64,000 nt of DNA. Origin: Candidatus Lustribacter sp. (GTDB lineage: Bacteria; Vulcanimicrobiota; Vulcanimicrobiia; Vulcanimicrobiales; Vulcanimicrobiaceae). The notes beneath the pieces are model-generated. The model saw only the letters and a program-made list of their open reading frames with translations. It searched no databases and was not told where the DNA came from. The position numbers were made by a program, and so were the translations under genes. Positions 53,607-61,972 of the stretch are shown piece by piece. The DNA is taken from the NCBI GenBank assembly GCA_965277805.1, contig OZ255842.1, positions 4,896,001 through 4,960,000 on the forward strand, in the 5' to 3' direction. How positions within the stretch are numbered: the stretch's first letter is position 1; every line of letters starts with the position of its first letter.

Positions 53607-54002
53607 ATGAAGCAGAAGAGCGCCGGCCTTACCATCACCGAACTCCAGAATCAGATCGCGTCGGTCGAGGGGTTTCGCATTTCGTTCGAGCGGTTCGGGG
53701 CTGCGGATACGCCGATCGACCCGTATCCGTACGACGTGATGGCGCCGAGTAAGTGGCGCATCTCGGATTGGAAACGCGTTCGGTTGGCGTCGTATATCGG
53801 TACGTTCAAGTCGGTCACGGTGTTTCAGGGAGATGATACGCCGGTGAAGTCCGACATCAAGCTCGTCGGTCTGCGTGATTCGTATTATCAGGCGCGCTAT
53901 GGGACGCTCGAGCCGGAAGAACGGCCGATCCTTTCGGAGATCGAAGTGGCGCGCGAGAAAAGGAACGCCGCTGCGGCGCCCCCGGAGCGCAAGCGCCGCT
54001 GA
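53607..54002 (+). CDS. Hypothetical protein
   Basis: 131-aa ORF, globular; I...EGF..YPY..L..LRDSY pattern. Confidence 0.65.
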   Translation: MKQKSAGLTITELQNQIASVEGFRISFERFGAADTPIDPYPYDVMAPSKWRISDWKRVRLASYIGTFKSVTVFQGDDTPVKSDIKLVGLRDSYYQARYGTLEPEERPILSEIEVAREKRNAAAAPPERKRR

Positions 54003-54008
54003 TTGCGG

Positions 54009-54983
54009 TTATTGTGGCAGTAGCTGTGCTATTCGGTTGAGGATGTTTTGGGGGAGGGGGTCTTTGGCTTCGGCTGCTGCGGCGACTTCAACTTGGGGGA
54101 GGTCGGAAAAGCCGATGAGCGCTGATGAAATCGTGGGATTCGTTATTGCGAAACGTAGGGCGGCCTCGGCTAGCGTTGCCACGTGGCCTTCGGTTACGAG
54201 CGGTGTTAAGCGCGCTGCGCGCTCGACATCGCCGCGATAGTCGGCGCTCGTGCCCATCGGCACGACGTTCTGCGAGCTGATAGCATGGCGTGTCGCCTCG
54301 CTGCTTAGCGCACCGCCTGCCAAGACGCGAATGCCGACGGCCCCCATGTGTTGTTCGGCCGCGCGCGCGAGAACGTTCTCGTAGTTCGCTCCTGTGAAGG
54401 CGAATGGACCCTCACCCGCGCTGGGGTTGAGGATATTGTAGATCACCTGGAAGACGTCGAATGCGCCGGTTGCGATGAGCTGCGGAATTGCGGCGGCTTC
54501 GCCGGTTCCGGAGAAGCCGTAGAAGCCGATCTTGCCTTGCCGGCGCAGCGCTTCGAAGGCCGGGACGACCTCCTCGATCACCGTCGCAACGTCGAGCGTG
54601 CCGTTGCCGCCGGCGAGCGTCACCGCGGTGTGAAGCTGAAACACGTCGACGCGCTCGCGCTGCAGGCGGCGCAGGCTCGCCTCACACGATTCGGCGATTG
54701 CTGCGCCGAGCTTTCCGCGTTTCTCCGGTGGGGCCGGCGACTTGGTGGCGAGGACGATGTCGGGTCGCAGCGTCGCCAATACGCGGCCGAGATTCGTTTC
54801 CGACACGGTGTCGCCGTACATCGGCGCCGTATCGAAGTAGTTGATGCCGAGTTCGAGGGCCCGCGCGACGGCGCGCTCTTGATCGGCGGCGGTGCCGCGC
54901 ACCATCAAGCCGCCGATGTTGCCGCAACCGAAGCCGAGCCGCGATACGCGTAGTCCGGTGCGGCCGAGGACGCGATACTCCAC
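54009..54983 (-). CDS. Aldo/keto reductase
   Basis: LGRTGLRVSRLGFG, GINYFDTAPMYG, SLRRLQ..VDVFQLH. Confidence 0.93.
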   Translation of the reverse strand: MEYRVLGRTGLRVSRLGFGCGNIGGLMVRGTAADQERAVARALELGINYFDTAPMYGDTVSETNLGRVLATLRPDIVLATKSPAPPEKRGKLGAAIAESCEASLRRLQRERVDVFQLHTAVTLAGGNGTLDVATVIEEVVPAFEALRRQGKIGFYGFSGTGEAAAIPQLIATGAFDVFQVIYNILNPSAGEGPFAFTGANYENVLARAAEQHMGAVGIRVLAGGALSSEATRHAISSQNVVPMGTSADYRGDVERAARLTPLVTEGHVATLAEAALRFAITNPTISSALIGFSDLPQVEVAAAAEAKDPLPQNILNRIAQLLPQ

Positions 54984-54986
54984 GCC

Positions 54987-55112
54987 TCAGAACCTCGCTA
55001 AGCGCGCTTCACGCAGTTCATCTTGCCGTACGGTTGCCGCGCGGAGTAGCGCCGCGAAAGCGAAGGGCGTGGCTCCCAGAATGCCCAGCATCCGGGCGCG
55101 CGTTAGCTGCAT
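54987..55112 (-). CDS. Possible 41-aa peptide with Tat-like N-terminus
   Basis: MQLTRARMLGILGATPFAFAALLRAATVRQDELREARLARF, ending 3 nt before the AKR start. Confidence 0.3.
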   Translation of the reverse strand: MQLTRARMLGILGATPFAFAALLRAATVRQDELREARLARF

Positions 55113-55164
55113 GGGGCCGAGTTCGCCACAGGCGCCGAAGTCCTCTCGGGCGTAGACGCAACGC

Positions 55165-56259
55165 ATGCGCATGCAATTCACCGCCGCACTCCTCGCGTTT
55201 GCGATGCTGCTGTTGCTGACGCCGGGCAGTACCCGCGCGGCCGGCACAGGCGATGCGTTTGCCGCGCTCGTCGCGGCGGCGAAAGCGGAAGGCTCGGTGG
55301 TCGTCGATGGGCCGCCGAACGATGCGGTGCGCACGGCGCTGACCACGGGATTCCAGGACAAGTACGGCATCCCCGTGTCGTATATCAGTTCGGGCAGCGG
55401 CCCGTCGGCTGCGCGCGTGCGCGCCGAACGCGCGGCGGGGAAATATCTGCTCGACGTGTTCGTGAGCGGCAGCGACACACCGATCATGTCGTTTCTCCCG
55501 AGCGGCTGGCTCGATCGTATCGAGCCGGCGCTGATCGAGCCCGACGTCGTGAACGCCAAGGATTGGAAAGACGGCCACCTGTGGTACGCCGATCCGAACC
55601 ACACGATTTTGCGTGTTCTCCAATACGTGTCGGTCGAGCTGATGATCAATACCAAGCTCGCCTCGCCGAAAGAAGTCACGACGTGGAAATCGCTGCTCGA
55701 GCCGAAGTGGAAGGGCAAGCTGCTGATCAAAGACCCGCGCCTGCCGGGAGCCGGACAATCGCTCAACAGCTACTTCTACATTCATTTCGGGCCCGATTTC
55801 GTAAAGAAGCTCTACATCGATCAGCAGCCGACGTTCTCGGGTGATGCGCGTCAGGGTGCGCAGATGCTCGCGCAAGGCAGCTATCCGATTTGGGTCGGCG
55901 GCGAATGGGGTCAAGCCGACTCGTTCCGCAAACTCGGCTACCCGCTCGCGCCGGTGATGCCGACCGACGGCCCGGGAATCCTCACCGGCAGCTTCGGCCT
56001 GATCAACCTGATGAACAAAGCACCGCATCCGAACGCGGCCAAATTGTTCGTCAATTGGATCGCGGGCCGCGAGGGCGGCGCGATCTTCGCCAAGGCGATG
56101 CTGGCCGGCACCCTGCGCACCGACGTCAAGCAAGACTGGATGCCGTCGTTTGAGCTGACCCAGCCGGGCCGTCAGTACTACGACGCCTACGACTACAAGT
56201 TCATCACGGTCGACCGCGACGCGGCACTGACCAAATTCAAGGCGCTTTTGGGTCTCTGA
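55165..56259 (+). CDS. ABC transporter substrate-binding protein (Fe3+/thiamine-like family)
   Basis: AAKAEGSVV, LLEPKWKGK, APHPNAAKLFVNW. Confidence 0.88.
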   Translation: MRMQFTAALLAFAMLLLLTPGSTRAAGTGDAFAALVAAAKAEGSVVVDGPPNDAVRTALTTGFQDKYGIPVSYISSGSGPSAARVRAERAAGKYLLDVFVSGSDTPIMSFLPSGWLDRIEPALIEPDVVNAKDWKDGHLWYADPNHTILRVLQYVSVELMINTKLASPKEVTTWKSLLEPKWKGKLLIKDPRLPGAGQSLNSYFYIHFGPDFVKKLYIDQQPTFSGDARQGAQMLAQGSYPIWVGGEWGQADSFRKLGYPLAPVMPTDGPGILTGSFGLINLMNKAPHPNAAKLFVNWIAGREGGAIFAKAMLAGTLRTDVKQDWMPSFELTQPGRQYYDAYDYKFITVDRDAALTKFKALLGL

Positions 56260-56416
56260 CCTGCCAGGCGGTCCCCAGCCTCGAGCCGGCTGTGTATTTT
56301 CTTCGTAATCTTTGTTATCCGGGTCACAGGAACGGCCGTTTGTGCTCCTAGCGGGGGATGGGCAGCCAGGAAGCTCGCCGAAAGAAGGGGGGCCTGCCTA
56401 GAGACAAAGGAGTGTC

Positions 56417-57565
56417 ATGTCAGTCGCCGTGTCCGGTTCCAATCCCGCCTACTCCCTGCAGTCGGTCCTCTCGGCGCAAATCGCGCTTTTGACGGCGACC
56501 GAGCAGGCTTCGAGCGGCTCGCGAGTGACGAGCGCCGCGATCGACCCTTCCGGTTTGGCGATCTACAACAACCTTGAGACGCAGTCGCAAGGCGCGGATA
56601 CCGCCAACGAAAACGTCACCGGAGCCTCCGACGCGGTCAACGTCGCGCAGGGCGCGACCAGCACCATTCAAACCTCGCTGAGCCAAATCAACAGCTTAGC
56701 GATCGAGGCCAATAACGGCTTCAATTCACCCTCGGATGATGCCGCGCTGCAAGCGGAAGCGACGCAACTCACGCAAGGCATCAACCAGATCGCCGGCGAG
56801 ACGAACTTCAACGGCGCGGCATTGACGAACGGCACGAACTCGGGCAGTACGCCCCCCACGGCCGCCACCGCGCAAGTCACCAACGACGATGCGACCAACG
56901 CCGGCGGCGGCGTCGTGACGAGCGTTGCGGCTTCCGCCGCGACGACCAGCGGCACGTTCAGCGTTTCGGTCGATTCGAGCGGCAACGCCGACGTGACGTT
57001 CACCGACAACACCACGCAAGCAACGACCGCGGTCGGCAGCTTCGCGGCAAACTCGTCGACGACGTTCAACGGCACGACGATCAACTTCGGCAACTTCTCG
57101 GCGAGCGACGCCGGCTCGTCGGCGACCGTGCAGACGACGGCGGCGACGGCGGGTTCGACGCAACCGGCCGTCAGCGTGCAGTCGGGTGCGAGCGCGGGAC
57201 AAACGACCACAATCTCGTTCGCCAACGCGAGCACGACGGGGCTCGGCATCTCGAACATCGACCTCTCGAACCCGGCCAGCGCCACCAACGCCGAGGGCCA
57301 AATCGGCAACGCCATCACGAGCCTCGGCTCGGATCAAGCGCAATTGGGCGCCGAGACGAATTCGCTCGCCAACCAATTCAGCAACAACAATATCTACTCG
57401 AACAACTTGGCGAGTGCGGCCTCGTCGATCGGCGACGACAACGAAGCGAAATCGGCCTCGACGATCCAGCAATCGACGCTGCAGCAGCAGATCTCGATCG
57501 CGGTGCTGGCGCGCGCCAACACCGACGCCGGCCACCTGAACAGCTTCCTCAGCGTCTTCGCCTAA
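56417..57565 (+). CDS. Divergent flagellin-family protein
   Basis: SSGSRVTSAAIDPSGLAI, TNFNG..L, LGA..N.L, NL.SA.SSI.D flagellin N/C-terminal motifs; AAGGAG RBS. Confidence 0.85.
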   Translation: MSVAVSGSNPAYSLQSVLSAQIALLTATEQASSGSRVTSAAIDPSGLAIYNNLETQSQGADTANENVTGASDAVNVAQGATSTIQTSLSQINSLAIEANNGFNSPSDDAALQAEATQLTQGINQIAGETNFNGAALTNGTNSGSTPPTAATAQVTNDDATNAGGGVVTSVAASAATTSGTFSVSVDSSGNADVTFTDNTTQATTAVGSFAANSSTTFNGTTINFGNFSASDAGSSATVQTTAATAGSTQPAVSVQSGASAGQTTTISFANASTTGLGISNIDLSNPASATNAEGQIGNAITSLGSDQAQLGAETNSLANQFSNNNIYSNNLASAASSIGDDNEAKSASTIQQSTLQQQISIAVLARANTDAGHLNSFLSVFA

Positions 57566-57567
57566 CT

Positions 57568-58824
57568 TCAGCGAATCCGGCAGCGCTCCGCGCGTTCGTG
57601 CAGCAACGCGCGGTCGCGCGCGTTTTGCGAGAGCGCTGCCGCGCGGTCGTACTCTTCGACCGCTTCGCTGAAGCGGCCGAGCTTCTCGAGTAAGTCCGCG
57701 CGCATGCTCGGCAGCAGATGGTACGATTTCAGCGCCGGTTCCGCGGTGAGCGCGTCAACCAGTTCGAGTCCGGCCGCCGGGCCATAGGCCATGCCGATCG
57801 CGACCGCGCGATTGAGCGCCACCACGGGTGTGGGCACGAGCTGCGCGAGCGCGTCGTAGAGAGCGGCGATGCGCTCCCAATCCGTTGCTTCCGGCGTGCG
57901 CGCGCGACCGTGGCAGGCAGCGATCGCCGCCTGCAGCGCGTAGGGGCCGAGGGCCCCGCCCAGCGCCTCGGCACGCGCGAGCGCTGCAAGACCGCGACGG
58001 ATGAGCAGATGATCCCACTTACCGCGATCCTGTTCGAGCAGCAGAATCGGTTCGCCCGATGGACCGACGCGTGCGCGCGTGCGCGATGCTTGAATTTCCA
58101 TCAGCGCGACGAGCCCGTGCACTTCGGGTTCATCCGGGGCGAGTTCGGCCAGTACGCGCCCGAGCCGCAGCGCGTCTTCGCATAGCGCCGGACGCATCAC
58201 GTCGTCGCCGGCGCTCGCGGCATAGCCCTCGTTGAAGATGAGATAGAGCACTTCGAGCACGGAGGCGAGGCGTTCACCGCGCTCGGCCTTGGCCGGCACT
58301 TCGAACGGCACGTTCGCTTCGGCGAGCGTGCGTTTGGCGCGCACGATGCGCTGCGCGACTGCCGGTTCGCTCGTGAGAAAGGCGCGGGCGATTTCGACCG
58401 TCGTCAGCCCGCCGAGCAATCGCAGCGTCAGCGCAACGCGGGCGTCCATCGAGAGCACCGGATGGCAGGCGATGAAGATCAAGCGCAGCAGGTCGTCGCC
58501 GATGTCGTCTTCGTCAAGCGCGGCGAGCGCCGCGGCATCGGCACCTTCCGCGTTGGTGAGCTCGCGCGCGAGGAGTTCGCTTTTGCGCGCCAGCACGTCG
58601 TCGCGGCGAAAGCGGTCGATCGCGCGGCGCTTGGCAATCGACATCAGCCAGGCGCCGGGATTGCGCGGGATGCCTTCGCCGGGCCACTGCGTGAGTGCCG
58701 CGACGAACGCATCCTGCGCGAGTTCCTCAGCGGCGCCGATGTCGCGCACCATGCGCGTCAAACCGGCGATAAGCTTCGGCGCTTCGATGCGCCAGATCGC
58801 CTCGAACGTCCGTTGTGCGTCTAT
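57568..58824 (-). CDS. ECF RNA polymerase sigma factor with C-terminal DUF6596/TPR extension (probable ATA start)
   Basis: AEELAQDA, NPGAWL..AKRRAID, DDLLRLIFIACHP, YLIFNEGY, GPYALQAAIAACH. Confidence 0.9.
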   Translation of the reverse strand: MDAQRTFEAIWRIEAPKLIAGLTRMVRDIGAAEELAQDAFVAALTQWPGEGIPRNPGAWLMSIAKRRAIDRFRRDDVLARKSELLARELTNAEGADAAALAALDEDDIGDDLLRLIFIACHPVLSMDARVALTLRLLGGLTTVEIARAFLTSEPAVAQRIVRAKRTLAEANVPFEVPAKAERGERLASVLEVLYLIFNEGYAASAGDDVMRPALCEDALRLGRVLAELAPDEPEVHGLVALMEIQASRTRARVGPSGEPILLLEQDRGKWDHLLIRRGLAALARAEALGGALGPYALQAAIAACHGRARTPEATDWERIAALYDALAQLVPTPVVALNRAVAIGMAYGPAAGLELVDALTAEPALKSYHLLPSMRADLLEKLGRFSEAVEEYDRAAALSQNARDRALLHERAERCRIR

Positions 58825-59177
58825 TGGTCGAAGTCTTCCGGTTCGAAGAGGCGCCGGATCTCGATTTGCTCGTTGCCTTCGAATGGCGCGCGCGAGAGAC
58901 GCGCGACGATCTCTTCCTTCGACTTGCCTTGCAATAGCCAGAAGCCGGCCACCAGCTCCTTGGTTTCGGTGAACGGGCCGTCGATGACGGTCGGCTTGCC
59001 GCCGGACCAGCTGATGCGCGCGCTGCGCGACGTCGGTTCAAGGCCGCCGGCGTCCAGGATCACGCCGTCCTGTGCCAGTTCTTGATTGAATTTGCCCATT
59101 TTGGCGAGCATGCCGGGGGTCGGCATTGCGCCCGCTTCGCTTTCGGGTGAGGCTTTGACCATGACCAGGAATCGCAT
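58821..59177 (-). CDS. YciI/DGPF family protein
   Basis: DGPFTETKELVAGFW; classic partner of this ECF group. Confidence 0.92.
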   Translation of the reverse strand: MRFLVMVKASPESEAGAMPTPGMLAKMGKFNQELAQDGVILDAGGLEPTSRSARISWSGGKPTVIDGPFTETKELVAGFWLLQGKSKEEIVARLSRAPFEGNEQIEIRRLFEPEDFDQ

Positions 59178-59203
59178 TGGGGTCTCCTTCGGTAGGCGGT
59201 GTT

Positions 59204-60343
59204 CTATCTACGCGTCGAGCGGGAGACCCCGAGATCGACATTTCGCACGCCGGCCCGTTCCAGCCGCGGAATCACCTCGTCGCGAAAGTACGGAAACTCG
59301 GCCAGATAGTTGACGAACCCCATGGCGATCCCGCTGAACCCCGCCTTCGCGATCGCGACGAACCCGGCGGCGACGGTATCGGGATCGCCGACCACGGGCC
59401 ACCCGCCGTAGCCGGCGGCGAATCGAACTTTCATGCGCTGGTAGTGATCGGGCTGCATCGTGGTCGACGAACCGCGCGAGCCGATGTCGACCATGCGCTC
59501 GACGGCGTCCCAATCGGCCTGCTCGTCGGCATAGTAGCGGTAGTATTCTTCCGCTTCGCGCTGGGTCGGGCGGCACACGACGCTGGCCGTCGTCATCACG
59601 CCGAGGCGTTTGCCGAGCGCGGCCGCGCGCTGATGCGCATCCGCCACGTTCTCGGCCGCCTGCTCGACGCTCATGCGAATCGTCGAGAGCAGATACTGGC
59701 AGTTGGCGATCGCAAAGCCTTTGCCGGTATCCGAACTGCCGGCGTTCATGATTACCGGCTGCGTTCCGCCGTAAGGCTTGGGCTGCGACTCGACGCCGTG
59801 AAAGGTGAGGAACTCGCCGTCGAAGTCGAACGTGCCCGCGCTCTCCCACATCATGCGCACCACGCGCAGCCATTCCGCGCCGTACACGTAGCGCGTCTCG
59901 TGATCGCGCTGCGAGACGTTGAACATCTCGAACTCGTCTTGGTTCCAGCCGCAGACGAGGTTGAGTCCGAAGCGGCCGCGCGCGGCATGGTCGACCGTGA
60001 CGAACTGCTTCGCGGCGAAAATCGGATGAACGAGGGGCGCGTGAACGGTGCCGAAGACGGTGAGGTTTTTGGTGGCGCCGAGCGTTCCGCAGGCCCAGGT
60101 GACGGTTTCGAAGCCGGCCCCTTCGAAATTGGTCGCCCCGCCGAAGCCCTTCCAGCGTGACACCGGCAGCATGAACTCAACGCCGGCGTCGTCGAGCATC
60201 TGCGCCAACGCGATGTTCTCATCCCACGATGCGGACCAGCGTTCGGGCACCTTCGTAGCGGCGATGCCGGAGGACATGTTTGCGCCGAAAATGCCCAGCT
60301 TGAGAGCGTTGCCGCTGCCGAGCTCGGTGCGATCGAGTGCCAT
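59204..60343 (-). CDS. LLM-class flavin-dependent monooxygenase
   Basis: LPVSRWKGFGG, VFGTVH, GRFGLNLVCGW, PKP, MNAGSS..G. Confidence 0.9.
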   Translation of the reverse strand: MALDRTELGSGNALKLGIFGANMSSGIAATKVPERWSASWDENIALAQMLDDAGVEFMLPVSRWKGFGGATNFEGAGFETVTWACGTLGATKNLTVFGTVHAPLVHPIFAAKQFVTVDHAARGRFGLNLVCGWNQDEFEMFNVSQRDHETRYVYGAEWLRVVRMMWESAGTFDFDGEFLTFHGVESQPKPYGGTQPVIMNAGSSDTGKGFAIANCQYLLSTIRMSVEQAAENVADAHQRAAALGKRLGVMTTASVVCRPTQREAEEYYRYYADEQADWDAVERMVDIGSRGSSTTMQPDHYQRMKVRFAAGYGGWPVVGDPDTVAAGFVAIAKAGFSGIAMGFVNYLAEFPYFRDEVIPRLERAGVRNVDLGVSRSTRR

Positions 60344-60383
60344 GGCGCATGTGATACGCTGGCTTGCCGCAAACGTCCGTCCG

Positions 60384-60848
60384 GTGACTCCCCGATTCTG
60401 GCGCATCTTCCTGGCCGTCGCAGCCGTCGTGCTCTACGCGATCGCGGTGAGCGGGCCCGCGTATAACGCGACCACCCCGGTCACGCTGCCCCACCACGAG
60501 CTAGTGCGGAAAATCTACGCGTTGCTCGCGTTCGCGCTGCTCGCCTTTGCGCTCGAACGCTCGAACCTGCGGCGAGTGCACGGCGTGGCGCTGGCGGCGA
60601 TCGCGATCGGTCTCTATTCGTGGGCCATCGAGCTCGGCCAGATTTTCATCGCGCACTCAACCGAAACGTTCGCCGATCATTCGTTCGACGTCGCCAGCGG
60701 TCTCGCCGGCGGCGCGCTCGGCGCGTTCGTTGCGCTGCTCATCAGCGCACCGTCCGCGCGAGCCCGCCGCGTCGAGGGCGCGATCGTGGTGGCGTTGCTG
60801 GCGGCGATCGCATGGGCGTTCACCGTGACCTACGCGCGCCTCGATTGA
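60384..60848 (+). CDS. VanZ-like membrane protein
   Basis: RKIYALLAF, SWAIELGQ, FDVASG; multiple TMs; start uncertain. Confidence 0.6.
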   Translation: MTPRFWRIFLAVAAVVLYAIAVSGPAYNATTPVTLPHHELVRKIYALLAFALLAFALERSNLRRVHGVALAAIAIGLYSWAIELGQIFIAHSTETFADHSFDVASGLAGGALGAFVALLISAPSARARRVEGAIVVALLAAIAWAFTVTYARLD

Positions 60849-60854
60849 GGCTGC

Positions 60855-61046
60855 TTACGGCATCGGGCTAACGAGTGGTCCGGTCGGCGGCAACGAACTG
60901 GGAATCGAGATCGGTGTTGCGGCCGGTGCCGGCGTTGGAGCGGTGATCGGCGGCGGCACCTGCGGTGTCGTTTGCGCGAACGCAAGAGCAGAGGCAGCGA
61001 GTGCTAGCACGGTGCCGGCGAGTGCGGCGAAGAGCGATTTTTTCAT
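60855..61046 (-). CDS. Small secreted Pro-rich protein
   Basis: Signal peptide ending AFA-Q followed by a P/T-rich tail. Confidence 0.6.
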   Translation of the reverse strand: MKKSLFAALAGTVLALAASALAFAQTTPQVPPPITAPTPAPAATPISIPSSLPPTGPLVSPMP

Positions 61047-61924
61047 AATGCTGCGGCTATACCCATTTGTTCGAGTGCCGCGCGTCCCAGCAAACCATAA
61101 GGATTACCGTATGTTTCCGCAATTTCAAAATGGTTGTACGCCGTCCCGACAAGCAGCGTGACGTTTTTCCCGGCCGCGTCGAGTGCGGTCGCGAACTCGC
61201 GCGTCTGGCGTTGAAATTCCGGCGACTCTTCGGTGCCGTACGCAAGCACGATCGGCACCGTGATACGATCGATGTTCTGCATTGCGCTGAGCGCGGCGAC
61301 CGTTTCATCGTCGAAGTGCACGTAGGAACTGCGTGCCGACAATCGCACCGGCGTGAGGTCGAACATGCCGCTGCAGCACAACGCGCCCGCGATGACCGTA
61401 TCGGGCACGCCGTAGTCGCTCCAGTTCGTGATGAGCGTGCACCCGGTCAGGTGCGCGCCCGATGAGTGGCCGGCGAGATGAATGCGCTGCGGATCGCCGC
61501 CGAAGGACGCGGCATGCTCGTACACCCACGCCACCGCACGGCGGACTTGATCGACGATCGGCTCCAAGCGCGAACCGGTATTTTCCACGCCGTCGAAATC
61601 GAGTAACACGCAGTGCGCGCCGGCGCGGACGAACATTTCGGCGATGAAGGCGAACCGCTCAGAGGAGTTCGTCCGCCACGCGCCGCCGTGCACGAACACG
61701 AAGACCGGTGCGTTCGCGCGCGGCGTGCGGTAGATGTCGAGGTGCTCGAGCGCGCCCGGACCGTAGGCGCAGCGCGTCGCCGGGGCTAGCCGTTTGCGCG
61801 CGTCATCGCTGAGCGCATTTTGCCGCTGATGCATCAGCTGGGCGTTCGGCGCCCAGACCATCTGGTCGTAGCACGCATCGAGCTGGGCTTGATCGTAATC
61901 GAGAAAAACGCGCATGTCCCGCAT
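61043..61924 (-). CDS. Alpha/beta hydrolase, arylformamidase-like
   Basis: LDIY, FVHGGAW, GHSSGAHL, ESPEFQRQ, NHFE. Confidence 0.88.
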   Translation of the reverse strand: MRDMRVFLDYDQAQLDACYDQMVWAPNAQLMHQRQNALSDDARKRLAPATRCAYGPGALEHLDIYRTPRANAPVFVFVHGGAWRTNSSERFAFIAEMFVRAGAHCVLLDFDGVENTGSRLEPIVDQVRRAVAWVYEHAASFGGDPQRIHLAGHSSGAHLTGCTLITNWSDYGVPDTVIAGALCCSGMFDLTPVRLSARSSYVHFDDETVAALSAMQNIDRITVPIVLAYGTEESPEFQRQTREFATALDAAGKNVTLLVGTAYNHFEIAETYGNPYGLLGRAALEQMGIAAAL

Positions 61925-61972
61925 TTCGTTGCTATAGATGATCGCACCGGCAAGGTCAAGAACGAATGAACG

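Noticed and set aside
56330..56400. c-di-GMP riboswitch call for the flagellin leader
   Set aside because: Only a partial GCAGCCAG..GCCGAA resemblance; the GGCAAA / GACGCAAA core is not found
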